Positions 1-10,356 of a DNA stretch of 25,387 nt are shown here, piece by piece; the first letter of the stretch is position 1; the number at the start of each line of letters is the position of its first letter. The stretch spans positions 1 to 25,387 of the IMG/VR virus record IMGVR_UViG_3300042307_000508; one strand, written 5' to 3'. The notes below the pieces were generated by a model. It did no database searches. It had not been told where the DNA came from and saw nothing but the letters and a program-made list of their open reading frames with translations. The position numbers and the translations under genes are program-made. This DNA comes from a virus. Lineage: Duplodnaviria > Caudoviricetes.

Positions 1-24
1 ATCTACAAATACCGCACCGCTTAA
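1..24 (+). CDS. 3' end of an upstream gene (partial, ...IYKYRTA*)
   Basis: Frame 1 is open from the window edge to TAA at 22-24, 4 nt before the next ATG; too short to assign a product. Confidence 0.35.
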   Translation: MYKYRTA

Positions 25-28
25 TCTT

Positions 29-1024
29 ATGGCTGACTCAACCGTAGACTCTTCACAATACCTAGGCGAAATGGGCGGGGCGCTTCGTGCCCAAGCCAAA
101 ATCCTTCCGCTTCAAGCAGAACAGGAGAAACTCCTTGCTGCTCAACTTCAGCAGACCCAACTAGGTGGCTACGGTCAGTATGTTACCGGCCTTCTTGGTT
201 CGTATCAAAACCTCAATCAACAGACTCAGCAGTTCCAATCTCAGTATGCTGGACAGCAACTTGGTATGCTTGGCAGTCTTGGTGCTGGTGCTACAGGTGC
301 TGCTATTGGTTCTCTCGACGCTACAACCCGTGGCATCTACAGTACCTTCGGTAACCAGGCTCTGTCCGATCTACAGATGGGCAGTTCCCTTAACCAACAG
401 GAAACGGAACAGGCTCAACAGGCAGCCCGTGCAGCTGCCCAATCTCGTGGTCTTCAGTTCAGCCGTCAAGGTGGCGACCTGGAGATTCTGAATACCTACA
501 GTATGGGTCAGAAGCGTCTCAAAGAACGCCAGGCTACAGCCCTGCAAGCCTATGGTCTAGGTCAACAGCAACAGGCTTATGGCGCTCAGACCTATCTAAC
601 ACCGGCCTACAACGCATCTCAGCCGTTTGGTCTTGCTGGGATGTATGGACAAGGGATGGCTGGCTACGGCAATTTGGGTCAAGGCTTCCTTAACCCGGAG
701 TCTCAGTACCTTGCCAATATCCGCGCTAACCGTATCCAGCAGGAGAATGCTGATGCGGCTGCTTCCGCACAAAAGTCCGCTGGTCTTGCTAGTGGCCTTG
801 GTGCTATCGCTGGTGCTTTAATCACCAAGTGCTGGGTAGCCCGTGAGGTCTACGGATCGGATAACGCCAAGTGGGTGTTCTTCCGTGACTGGCTTGAGTC
901 CGACGCACCGTCCTGGCTTGACCAACTCTACGAACAAGAGGGCGAGCGTTTCGCTAAGTTCATCTCTGACAAGCCTCTTCTCAAGAACATCGTCCGCAAG
1001 GCTATGGACTTGGTCGTAGGCTAA
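29..1024 (+). CDS. Putative internal virion/DNA-ejection (pilot-like) protein with C-terminal CWVAREVYG domain
   Basis: 331 aa, Gln/Gly/Ala-rich, glycine-zipper segments (GMLGSLGAGATGAAIG; GLASGLGAIAGAL), then a compositionally distinct 64-aa globular tail; first of three genes of increasing size. Confidence 0.7.
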   Translation: MADSTVDSSQYLGEMGGALRAQAKILPLQAEQEKLLAAQLQQTQLGGYGQYVTGLLGSYQNLNQQTQQFQSQYAGQQLGMLGSLGAGATGAAIGSLDATTRGIYSTFGNQALSDLQMGSSLNQQETEQAQQAARAAAQSRGLQFSRQGGDLEILNTYSMGQKRLKERQATALQAYGLGQQQQAYGAQTYLTPAYNASQPFGLAGMYGQGMAGYGNLGQGFLNPESQYLANIRANRIQQENADAAASAQKSAGLASGLGAIAGALITKCWVAREVYGSDNAKWVFFRDWLESDAPSWLDQLYEQEGERFAKFISDKPLLKNIVRKAMDLVVG

Positions 1025-1033
1025 CCAACTTAT

Positions 1034-3310
1034 ATGGCATCCCCTTTCCAGAAATATCAAGGCGAACAAGTACAGCAAATCCCGGCTGGCTATGTTGAGG
1101 CTATGGGTTCGATGGGTAAGGCTTATGCCTCCATCGGTCAGTCTATTGCTGGTGGCATCCAAGAGGCTGATAAGAAGGCTACCGAAGAAGCCAAGATGCA
1201 AGGTGCGTTAGCCCCTTATATTAAGAACGACAAACGAGTCCAAACCGTTGAAGGGATGATTCGTGGTGGAACGCTTGTAAAGAAAGATGACGGTACTGTT
1301 GAAGTTAATCCGATCTATGAAGGCGTTTGGGATGGGGCTAAGGCAAAGCCCATTATGGATTTCTACAACCAGACAGGTGGCGACGGCTCTAAGTTGACTG
1401 GTAAGGATTTAACTAAGTTTGCTACTGAGTTTGAGTCTCAACAGAAGTATGACGCAGCACAGTCAGCCAAAGCAGACAAGGAAGTTGAGCGCCAAAAGAC
1501 GCTTGCTGAAATTGAAAAGTTAAAGGCTGATGCAGCGGAGAAGATGGCTGGTACGGCTGCTAATGCTGTTGTCGCTGGATACGCTTCTGGAACTCCGTTT
1601 GCTCCTCAACCGACTGCTCCTCTGGGCTATACGCCACAAGCACAACCTGGTCAACCAACTCCAGGTCAAGTGCTTCCTGCGAACTCCACTGGTGGAATCA
1701 ATCTAAGTGATATCAAGACATCTCCCGGTTTTGATGTAAACCGATACAACGCTGGAATGAAGTTGTCTGGCGATCTGAATGCAGCTCCTGTAGCGCCTCC
1801 TGCTCCTGCTCCAAACCTTGCTCCTCCTGCCCAGTCCCGTGGTCTTCCATCACCTAGCATAAACATTTCAGAGGTTGTTGCTACTACTGAAGCACTTCGT
1901 GTTGAGTATTTTACGCAGTATGAAAAGGACTCAAACTCCCTTAAGGCAGAACAGGCGGCTGCTATGATTGCTCTTGGGAGAACTGGCGGGGCTACTCCAG
2001 AACGCATTAAGTCATTAAACGAAACTTTTAAGGTTCGTAAGGATAACCTTGATAAGTCGTATGCTGAACGCACAGTATTAATTGATTCCCGTGTTAAGGC
2101 TGCTGCTACTATTACAGCCGAAGCACGAGAAGTGCAAGCCGACAAGTTCAAGGCAACTGCGGAAAAACGTGCAGAAGACACAGCCAAGATTGCTAAAGAA
2201 CGTGCAGAGGCTGATAAGAAGGAAGACCAGCGTAAGGTTGAGGCGTTTGAGATGACCAAGGAAGAGTTTAATATTAAATGGGGTGTGCCTGTTAAGGCCG
2301 GTGCAGCTGGCGCTCCTGCCACAACCGCAACACCTGCCACAACCGCAACACCTGGCAAGAAGCCAACGGCAGCTGAAACACCTGGCACGTTTGCTAACTT
2401 CCAATTCGTTACGGTTGAAGGTGCTGGAAATATTACAGGTCGTACGGGTGGCACTGAGTCCGAGAAGGCTAAGGAAGAACGCTATGGTGTCTTCCAGAAG
2501 CGTAAGCAGGACTACCCGGCAAGATGGGGTATTGGTGTGTACCACACTGGCGCTAAGGAGTTTCAACTTGATTTAAACTACCGTCCTACCGCTACACCTA
2601 TCGACCCAGGCTCTCGTTCCAAAATCAACGATACCCTTGAGGGCTATTCTGAGGCACAGACCTTCTTGCAGGAACTTGATAACGTAGTTAACAGCACGGA
2701 CGATAATGCTATCACTAACTACCTTAACCGATCTCTGTGGACTGCATCTGAATCAGCCAAGAAGACTGTCATCACTGGTGATATGATGAACCAGTTCGGT
2801 GTCGCTGCGTTCCGTCGCGCCATCGTTTCTGGTGGTAACTTCTCCGACGCTGACCGAGAATATGTCGCAAAGTTAATCACGGATATTAACTCTGCTCACA
2901 TCAAGAAAGACAAGCCTTTGCTCAAAGCCCAGACAGCTGCTCTTGCTGGATTTATTGACCAAAAGTATCGCTCTACGCTCGCTGCAAATGATATGACATT
3001 TGATATCGAGACATCTAAGAAGTTCTTAACCCGTGAGGGTGACACAGCCGGCCTTGAACAACTTAAGAAAGCCGAACAGTATACCAAGGCGTTCAATGTT
3101 GATACCAAGAACAACACTAAACCAGAATACGATAACACTGGACTTCCGTCTAAACTAGACGAAATTGCTGCTGGCTTTGAAGCCTCTGGTACGGCTGAAG
3201 GTATTAAACAAGCAAAGGTTTACCGTAAAGCTGCGGCTGATAAACGTAAGGAATATGAAACCGCTGCTGAACAAGCAAAGGCTAACGTAGAACGCACCAA
3301 AACTAGATAA
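1034..3310 (+). CDS. Putative internal virion/ejection protein
   Basis: 758 aa; N-terminal GSMGKAYASIGQSIAGGI amphipathic Gly-rich segment, coiled-coil and Pro-rich linkers, no Cys seen; stop overlaps next start (TAATG). Confidence 0.65.
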   Translation: MASPFQKYQGEQVQQIPAGYVEAMGSMGKAYASIGQSIAGGIQEADKKATEEAKMQGALAPYIKNDKRVQTVEGMIRGGTLVKKDDGTVEVNPIYEGVWDGAKAKPIMDFYNQTGGDGSKLTGKDLTKFATEFESQQKYDAAQSAKADKEVERQKTLAEIEKLKADAAEKMAGTAANAVVAGYASGTPFAPQPTAPLGYTPQAQPGQPTPGQVLPANSTGGINLSDIKTSPGFDVNRYNAGMKLSGDLNAAPVAPPAPAPNLAPPAQSRGLPSPSINISEVVATTEALRVEYFTQYEKDSNSLKAEQAAAMIALGRTGGATPERIKSLNETFKVRKDNLDKSYAERTVLIDSRVKAAATITAEAREVQADKFKATAEKRAEDTAKIAKERAEADKKEDQRKVEAFEMTKEEFNIKWGVPVKAGAAGAPATTATPATTATPGKKPTAAETPGTFANFQFVTVEGAGNITGRTGGTESEKAKEERYGVFQKRKQDYPARWGIGVYHTGAKEFQLDLNYRPTATPIDPGSRSKINDTLEGYSEAQTFLQELDNVVNSTDDNAITNYLNRSLWTASESAKKTVITGDMMNQFGVAAFRRAIVSGGNFSDADREYVAKLITDINSAHIKKDKPLLKAQTAALAGFIDQKYRSTLAANDMTFDIETSKKFLTREGDTAGLEQLKKAEQYTKAFNVDTKNNTKPEYDNTGLPSKLDEIAAGFEASGTAEGIKQAKVYRKAAADKRKEYETAAEQAKANVERTKTR
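2315..2354 (+). repeat. 18-bp in-frame tandem repeat (CCTGCCACAACCGCAACA x2 + CCTG)
   Basis: Two perfect copies, 2315-2332 and 2333-2350, encoding PATTAT twice. Confidence 0.9.
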
Positions 3311-6300
3311 TGGCTGACCCACTACTCCCTCCTGCTACTGGTGCTACCGTACCACCAGCGCCACCCCAGCGTACATCCCCAGCAACTCCTGCACCTGGAG
3401 AAACTGTAACTCCTGGATATGACCCCACAGGTGCTTCACCCCCGGCAGCACCGACAGACAACTTATTTGCCAAGCCTTGGTTGTACAGGGATGAAAATGG
3501 CAACTGGCTTGGTAAGGGTTCTGAGAAGGCAGAGAACATTCCCGGAAGCCCAGAGTATGAAGTAACCAAGACTGAGCGTGACCGTGATATCAACTCTTGG
3601 GTCTGGGATCGAGCAAGGGACGTGGGTCTGTATAATACAGATGCGTCTATGGCTATCTTTGGCATCCCTGCCGGAAGGTTGTCCGCAGAGTCTACGGAAC
3701 GCGCCAAGCAAGTAGAAGATGCTGCTTGGGGTATCCTTAAGATTAAGCGTCCAGAAGCAGAACATAACGCACAAGTTGTAGCAGCAAAGTTAGTGCCACT
3801 TGCAAAGGCGTTTATGGATGCAGATACTCTTAAGGGCATCCGTTATCCTACTGCATACGGGATGGACGATAAGCAGTTAATTGAGTTCGTCACAAACCCA
3901 AGCAATGGTATTCCAGCTGCTATTGGCGTTGAGGTTATGTCTGAAATCGGCAATCCTGGATACCGTGAGCAGAAGGAACTGCTTGGTACTGGATTGTTAT
4001 TTAACATCCGTAAGGCTCTTGCTCCTGTAGATCACCAGTTGGTTGTCGGTAAAGAGGTCTACGACGCTGGGCCAGATTACTTCAAGAGCCTAACGCAGTC
4101 TGACAAGCGTGATGCGTTTCGTGCGCTTGGACGATTCAAGGCTTCTCAAAAGACTAACCTTACTGGAGATGCTTTTAAGGCCGGTGCTTTGTTTGTGCAG
4201 GACGGGTTTGAGGCTCTTGCTGGATTTGGCGATGCCGTTAACCCCTTTAGCCGTGCTGACGAATATCTCTCTCAGCGTTACCGGGATGACCCTACATTGC
4301 GTAGCAAGGCACAACAGGTCATTACACGTGCGTCGCTGGTTACCCGTGACAAGATTAACACTCTTCGTAAAATTAACCAGACTGGTAATGCCGAATCTTT
4401 TACATATACGCTTGATAGTTACACGAACAGCACTCTTCCAGAAAACCAAGAGTTCTTATCTGCCGTTGCCGAGTTAACTGCACTCCGTGAGGATGGGGCT
4501 TTCGCTCCAGGTAAGCCATTTGAGAAGTTGGCTTCGTTTGGTTCTGGTGTTCTTAACTCGATGCGAGCCTTCAAGCACTTCACATCGGACTCTACAGACC
4601 CCAATTCGTACCTATTTATAAACGAGTTCATTGGAGACAAACAGCCCCAGAAGTCTGCCGTAGGTGGGATTGTGTCTGCTGCTAAAGCAATTCCAGCTGC
4701 ATTTGATAGCACCTATTGGAACGACGCTTCCCCGGAAGACCTGGACTTAGCAATTAAAGTTTGGTCTGAGAACTACAAGAACGTCAACGGCGCTCACGAC
4801 AATGTTCTTACTGAGGCATACAAGGCTCTTGGAATGCCCAACCACGCCTGGGTAGCCCGCACTGCATTTGGTGACCAACGCCTAGAGGAACAGGCTGCTA
4901 TGATTTTCGATCCAATCACAATTGGAACAGGTCTTGGTGGCATCATTGCCAAGGCAGCTAAACTTACAGGCAAGGTCGCTAATGTCGCTGAAATCACAGC
5001 AAGAGGTCAAGTGCTGGCTGCTGAAGGCAAATCTATCCTTACCGAACTAAAGGCACTTAATAAAACCTTCCCTCAACCCGCCATTGAAAAGGTCATTGAC
5101 GATGTATATCGCAAGACTGGTCGCACACTAACAACTGAAGAGGCTATGGTCATTGCCGTAGCCGGGACAGGTGAAGACATTCTTACGGCTGAAGGCAAGA
5201 TTGCCGCTGCTGAAATCAAGGGTGTAGTACAGGGCGCTGAAATCCCTGCCGACTTAGCCAAGCGTATTGTTCAGTTAAACGCTGATGCGGTTAAGTATGC
5301 CAACGAAGGAAAGAAAGCAGTCCCAGGCACTACCGGCCCTAAGCGTTTTATCACTGGCTCTCTGGGTTACGCTGCTGGTCAAATCATCGAAACTATCCCC
5401 GGTAAAGGTCTTCGCAAGTTAGGCGAGTTTATGGGTGGTGGTGGCGCTGAACGATCTCTTGGGAAATGGGGTCTTAATCACTTGCTCAATATGCAGCCGA
5501 AGAATATGATGCGTGGAGGTGCTGTTGTCGTTGCTGGGGCTAGTTGGGCTACAATCGATGTAGTCAATGGCAAGGATTGGTACAACGGTGCTGGTCTGGC
5601 TTTGTTTGGTGGTACTGTATTATCTCGACCTGGCATCCTAACCGCTGTTGGTGGATCGATTGAGACATACGGTAAAGTTCAGAAGCGTGTGTCTAAGGCT
5701 GCATTGTTTGGTGAGCGTGTAAGCGGGTCGCCTATTATGGCTGCTCTTAACGCTGCCCGTACAGACCTTGGCAAGACTGCCGATGTCGCTGCCCGCGCCG
5801 GAATTGAATCCGAGATGGGTATGCTTCAGCGGATGGTTGATATGGGTGCTGACGTTGCCTTGCAGAATGGCTTCCACGTTGCCGTAGACCAAATCGCCCA
5901 CGGTGGCACTGTCGGAATGTCTATGGCTTGGGCTAATGACAAAGCAGCTGCCGGGTCTGGCTTCGGTATTGGCGCTGCTGCATCCGTTGGTATCGCTGGG
6001 CTTGGTCGTGTCACTGAAGTCGCTAATCGCTTCGGCCCACAAAACGCTCTCCGTAGTAAAGAGGTAATTGCCAATGTCTCTGGTATCATCAACGAGATTC
6101 CAGCAGAACAGGCGGCACGTATCCGTGACTGGCTCAACTCCTCTACTGACTTCAATGACTTTATGCGTCGTGCGGATTCGTTCCGTCGAGCATACGACGC
6201 TACTGGTGGTAAGGTTGTAGCCAGTACCGCAGCGGAGATGGCTGTAGCAAACAGGACTGTTAACTTAGCGCCGAAGGAAGTAGCCCGTATCCGTGCAGAG

Positions 6301-9300
6301 GCTCAAACACTTTATCCTGGCGATCCCACGTCAGCCGCCCTTCACGCAGAGAAGTCTATTGCTGAACTAGAAGGTCGTGGTAAGGATGTTGCTACCCGTG
6401 ATGAACTTCAGACCCGGCTCAATTCGTCCACCCGTAGGGCTGATGCTACTATCGGTGAGATTCAGAAACTGACTGAACAGATTAACGCTGAGAAGGCTAT
6501 CTTGGCTAAGGCCGGTAAGACTGATTCCGTTGTACTTCAGAAACTCAACAACGCACTCAACAACGAGAACGTAAAGTTGAACGTCTACACGGCAGAAAAT
6601 ATGCAACTGACGGCAGAGTATTCAGAGGCTGCTCGTCGTGTTAATTCTCCTACGACATTCCGTAAGGGTGAGACTCGTACTAATGCGGCTGGCAATCCTA
6701 TCACGATGGTTCGTGAAGGTATGTACATTGAGTCCGGCCCACAGGGTGGCACGATGCACTTTGATATCAGCAAGGCAGATGCGTTCACCGTAAACCACGA
6801 AGCCTGGGAAGCCCTGCTCGCCCACAATGCAGTTAGGGCTATTATGCCACAGTTGACGAAGGCTCTATGGAATAAGCCGTCTGAGGGTGGGCGCTTGTCT
6901 CCGGCAGCTCGTACTGCATTCTTTGATTCCTATTCTGCAAGTCTTTCGCTTGAAGAAGGAAAGCGTTTCCGTGATGAAATCGCCATTGCTCAGAAGGAGT
7001 TTGAGTCTACGGGCAACGGCTATAAACTTGAACGCTTTACCCGTGAGGCGATGGCTTGGTGGATGGCTACAATTGACTCTACGAAGCCTATTGGTTATGG
7101 TGGCGTAGGCAAGGCTAAGGGTCTTACCAATGTTCGTGGTGACGGTGTCTTCGATTCAATGCGTCGGATTATGGTTGGTGAACGTAGTATGTATGATGTC
7201 CTTTCAACGGACAATCTTCGTCTTGAGTTCGCTTCGATGTTCGACCCGCAGATTGGCATCTTCCCGCGCCAGTATACGGCTTCAATGGTTCAGTCCCTGC
7301 GTGAATCCGGGATGCGTTTCATCAAGCAGTCCGATGGTACTGTACGTGGTTTCTGGCTGAATAACCGTGGGGAGATTATGCGTGACCCCGTAGTCAATAG
7401 CCTGTATGATGCAGTCTATCGAATGACCAATGGGGAAGGTGGTAATAGATTCTCAGAGATGAATGTCTCTGACCTTACCCAAACTCAACAGGCTGAACTG
7501 TTTAATGCTACAGGCTTATCTTGGCTCGTAGACCCTGCCACTAACACACCGATCCCAGGTATTGCTCCTCCTGCTCCACAGGGGAAGCCTACTGCTCCTA
7601 CAGGGACTCCCCCAGCTGCACCTACTGGCGCTACATACAATGGTCAGCCAGTACAGCCTGGCGTTAACCCACCGCCTCCTGCTGCTCCTACGCCTACTCG
7701 TCCTACGCCTACCCCGGCAAGCACGACTCCTGCTGGCACTCCAATCCCGCCTCCTCCACCCCCTACGGCAGCCCCAGCGACTCCGACTTATCAGCCTGTA
7801 GCGGGTACTACTCCTGCCTCTGGGACTCCATCAACCCCACAGCCGTCTGCTCCACAGCCTGTTAATCCATCTTCGATGCCTCACGTAAGCGTCGTCGTTA
7901 ATGGACACGCCCAGGTGGTTATGGATGCACTTACGAATATCCCTCAAGCCCAGCGTGGTTTGACGTTCTCTACGGATACTGCCGGCCCAAGGGGTGGCTT
8001 GAAGTCTGTTATCTGGGGTAAACCAACGGCAGCTGAAATCAACGCCATCGCTCAAGCCCAAGGGCTTCCAGATACCGTCCGCAATAATATGCTGATGATG
8101 GCACAGGTTATGGCGCAAAACGGAGAGCGTCCAATTCTTACTGGTCGCTACGTCAATATCTTCTCCAACAACCCGCTGGCTACAAGCGATGTAAGAAACT
8201 TAGTAGGCAAGGACGGCTTCAGTTATGTTTCAGATCGTACATTCGTTCCTCTGTACTTTGAATCTGTGCTTCAGTACTTTGATGCGTCTAACCCGGACAA
8301 GGTAATTTCTGAAGGTCAGTTCAATAAGTTATCCGATTCCGAGAAGGGCAAATATAACGAGCGTCGCAACTTGACGGCAAAGGTCTTTAATATTGATGCG
8401 TTCCAAGAGAACAAGAACATCATCTTTACTGATGGCGTTCGTGAATACGCTAAAGATGGTTCTTTCACTTACCTTAAGGATGTAAATGGGCGCGAACTTA
8501 CGCCTACCTATATCAGTGAAATCTTCCGCACCGACACGGAGTTCTTTACTTTAGCAAATGACTGGCTTCAGCACTACAATAGTGGTGGGCCGATTGACCC
8601 TACTGGCATTGCAAACCCGGTTGGTGCTATCGTAGAACCTTCCGCAATTCGTCTTGGTAATGGTGACCGCGCCCTGGGTGAATCTCGTCTGACAATCCTA
8701 CGAGCTGCCTATGGGATGACAGTTCGCAATGGTCGTACTGTAGTCAACCCAACTACATTTACTACCCAAGCAATTCGTGGTCGTGCGTTCCCGTTCGAGA
8801 ATCTGTCTATCTCTACGATGGCTGAACTTGTTGATACTGGTGGTAGATCGTTGATGTCGCAGGAAGCCACTACCCGTGGGCAGTTCAATATGGCGCCTGG
8901 TGCTTGGGAACTGCGTAGCAATGAATTCATTGCCGGCCTTCGCGCCAAGTTCCAAAAGGTTAACCCTAGCGCAAACCTTACTGCTACATACACACACCCC
9001 AACATCCCCAATACATATATTCACGAGTTCAATGGACGCTCGTATGATATCTATGTAGAAGGAGAAAACATCCCTAACAACGCACGAACCATTGATGAAG
9101 CAAAGAAGGCAGCACAGGCTGCTGTTATTGATGCTCAGAATATGGCTGATGCCCGTGCCTATGCCGAGAAGGTAATCAAGGCTGAGGCTGCCCGTGAAGC
9201 CCGTGAGATTGCCCTCAATAACGCAACGGCAGAAGCAGCCCGCAAGAAGGTCGAGAAAGAACGTACCAGTGCCGAAGCTGCATTGCTGAAGGAGACACAG

Positions 9301-10356
9301 GCTCAACAGGCTGATTGGCTTAAGATGTCCAAGATTCAAGCAGAGGCTGATGCACGGGCTACCGCAGTACACGAAAAAGAGAAGGCTCGCATTGATAAGG
9401 AGAAGGCAAAGTATGAAGCCGCCTTCCAGAAGTTGCTCGATAAAGAAGCAAAGAACCAGGCTCGCCTTGACAAGCAGAACCAAGCCGCTGAACAGAAACG
9501 CATTGATGCTGAGAAAAAGCAGTTAGAAAACGAACAGGCTCGTCTCCTTAAGGAATCCGAACAGAACGATGCAGCCGCAGAGAAACTTAAGTTTGAGCAA
9601 GAGAAGCGTGAAACTGATGCCAAGTTGCAGTCTGAACAACTCCGTCAAGATATTGAGGCTCGCTCCAAGCAAAGAGTACAGGAAGACTCCGATGCCCTTG
9701 CAGCCGCTTTACGATCTAACAGCACTGAACTGGATGTCGGAGAAATCCTTCGTAGTAGCCTAAAGGTTGACCCTGCTGGTCTTACTGTAGCCGGAGAGAA
9801 CCGACTGGTTGTCCGTCGCATTATTAATCAGAAGCCTATCGTCACCCAGACGCTTACGACCCGCCAGCAGACCGGCCCTGCCGTTACACAGACCCAAGGT
9901 AATATCCTTGCAGCCCGTGCGCTTGGTTCTCCAGAGGCTGGAGCTGCTGCACCTCAAATCAACAAGTACCTAGACCAAGGGATGGTTGCTGGACAGGAAG
10001 TGATGCGAGCCATCAACGATGTCTGGAAGACCGAACTGGGCAATCAACTCCACGCTGTCTACCAAGGTCTTGATTCCCGTGGTAAGCCTAGATACCAGTA
10101 CCACCTATATGGTGTCAGCGGACAGGAACTGTATCGCACCAGCGATGCCAAGGCTGTGTACGAGAACCTACTCCTCCAGGAACAGCGTCTGCGTGGCTTG
10201 ACCACCAAGTCTGTACCTAAAACCGAGGAGGATAAAAACAAAGTTCAAAAGGAAGTTCTTCGACAGACTGTCAGCCCGACTTACTTGCAAAGCCAGAAGA
10301 CAACCATCCAGCGCCAAGCCGACTCTGAGGCTGCTAACCGCTACCGCAACAGATGA
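3310..10356 (+). CDS. Large putative internal virion/ejection protein
   Basis: 2348 aa; Gly/Ala-rich hydrophobic stretches (~5500-6010), HEAWE motif at 6796-6810, Pro/Thr linker (~7550-7880), long charged coiled coil (~9100-9700); lies directly before the lysis genes, as in podoviruses. Confidence 0.7.
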   Translation: MADPLLPPATGATVPPAPPQRTSPATPAPGETVTPGYDPTGASPPAAPTDNLFAKPWLYRDENGNWLGKGSEKAENIPGSPEYEVTKTERDRDINSWVWDRARDVGLYNTDASMAIFGIPAGRLSAESTERAKQVEDAAWGILKIKRPEAEHNAQVVAAKLVPLAKAFMDADTLKGIRYPTAYGMDDKQLIEFVTNPSNGIPAAIGVEVMSEIGNPGYREQKELLGTGLLFNIRKALAPVDHQLVVGKEVYDAGPDYFKSLTQSDKRDAFRALGRFKASQKTNLTGDAFKAGALFVQDGFEALAGFGDAVNPFSRADEYLSQRYRDDPTLRSKAQQVITRASLVTRDKINTLRKINQTGNAESFTYTLDSYTNSTLPENQEFLSAVAELTALREDGAFAPGKPFEKLASFGSGVLNSMRAFKHFTSDSTDPNSYLFINEFIGDKQPQKSAVGGIVSAAKAIPAAFDSTYWNDASPEDLDLAIKVWSENYKNVNGAHDNVLTEAYKALGMPNHAWVARTAFGDQRLEEQAAMIFDPITIGTGLGGIIAKAAKLTGKVANVAEITARGQVLAAEGKSILTELKALNKTFPQPAIEKVIDDVYRKTGRTLTTEEAMVIAVAGTGEDILTAEGKIAAAEIKGVVQGAEIPADLAKRIVQLNADAVKYANEGKKAVPGTTGPKRFITGSLGYAAGQIIETIPGKGLRKLGEFMGGGGAERSLGKWGLNHLLNMQPKNMMRGGAVVVAGASWATIDVVNGKDWYNGAGLALFGGTVLSRPGILTAVGGSIETYGKVQKRVSKAALFGERVSGSPIMAALNAARTDLGKTADVAARAGIESEMGMLQRMVDMGADVALQNGFHVAVDQIAHGGTVGMSMAWANDKAAAGSGFGIGAAASVGIAGLGRVTEVANRFGPQNALRSKEVIANVSGIINEIPAEQAARIRDWLNSSTDFNDFMRRADSFRRAYDATGGKVVASTAAEMAVANRTVNLAPKEVARIRAEAQTLYPGDPTSAALHAEKSIAELEGRGKDVATRDELQTRLNSSTRRADATIGEIQKLTEQINAEKAILAKAGKTDSVVLQKLNNALNNENVKLNVYTAENMQLTAEYSEAARRVNSPTTFRKGETRTNAAGNPITMVREGMYIESGPQGGTMHFDISKADAFTVNHEAWEALLAHNAVRAIMPQLTKALWNKPSEGGRLSPAARTAFFDSYSASLSLEEGKRFRDEIAIAQKEFESTGNGYKLERFTREAMAWWMATIDSTKPIGYGGVGKAKGLTNVRGDGVFDSMRRIMVGERSMYDVLSTDNLRLEFASMFDPQIGIFPRQYTASMVQSLRESGMRFIKQSDGTVRGFWLNNRGEIMRDPVVNSLYDAVYRMTNGEGGNRFSEMNVSDLTQTQQAELFNATGLSWLVDPATNTPIPGIAPPAPQGKPTAPTGTPPAAPTGATYNGQPVQPGVNPPPPAAPTPTRPTPTPASTTPAGTPIPPPPPPTAAPATPTYQPVAGTTPASGTPSTPQPSAPQPVNPSSMPHVSVVVNGHAQVVMDALTNIPQAQRGLTFSTDTAGPRGGLKSVIWGKPTAAEINAIAQAQGLPDTVRNNMLMMAQVMAQNGERPILTGRYVNIFSNNPLATSDVRNLVGKDGFSYVSDRTFVPLYFESVLQYFDASNPDKVISEGQFNKLSDSEKGKYNERRNLTAKVFNIDAFQENKNIIFTDGVREYAKDGSFTYLKDVNGRELTPTYISEIFRTDTEFFTLANDWLQHYNSGGPIDPTGIANPVGAIVEPSAIRLGNGDRALGESRLTILRAAYGMTVRNGRTVVNPTTFTTQAIRGRAFPFENLSISTMAELVDTGGRSLMSQEATTRGQFNMAPGAWELRSNEFIAGLRAKFQKVNPSANLTATYTHPNIPNTYIHEFNGRSYDIYVEGENIPNNARTIDEAKKAAQAAVIDAQNMADARAYAEKVIKAEAAREAREIALNNATAEAARKKVEKERTSAEAALLKETQAQQADWLKMSKIQAEADARATAVHEKEKARIDKEKAKYEAAFQKLLDKEAKNQARLDKQNQAAEQKRIDAEKKQLENEQARLLKESEQNDAAAEKLKFEQEKRETDAKLQSEQLRQDIEARSKQRVQEDSDALAAALRSNSTELDVGEILRSSLKVDPAGLTVAGENRLVVRRIINQKPIVTQTLTTRQQTGPAVTQTQGNILAARALGSPEAGAAAPQINKYLDQGMVAGQEVMRAINDVWKTELGNQLHAVYQGLDSRGKPRYQYHLYGVSGQELYRTSDAKAVYENLLLQEQRLRGLTTKSVPKTEEDKNKVQKEVLRQTVSPTYLQSQKTTIQRQADSEAANRYRNR

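Noticed and set aside
830-1024. Intein/Hint domain
   Set aside because: Starts with Cys but is only 64 aa, looks helical and has no TxxH or terminal HN motif.
1666-2454. 262-aa minus-strand ORF (also 3303-3839, 8698-9483 and other shadows of the virion genes)
   Set aside because: Antisense to long codon-biased genes; no recognisable motifs and no operon context.
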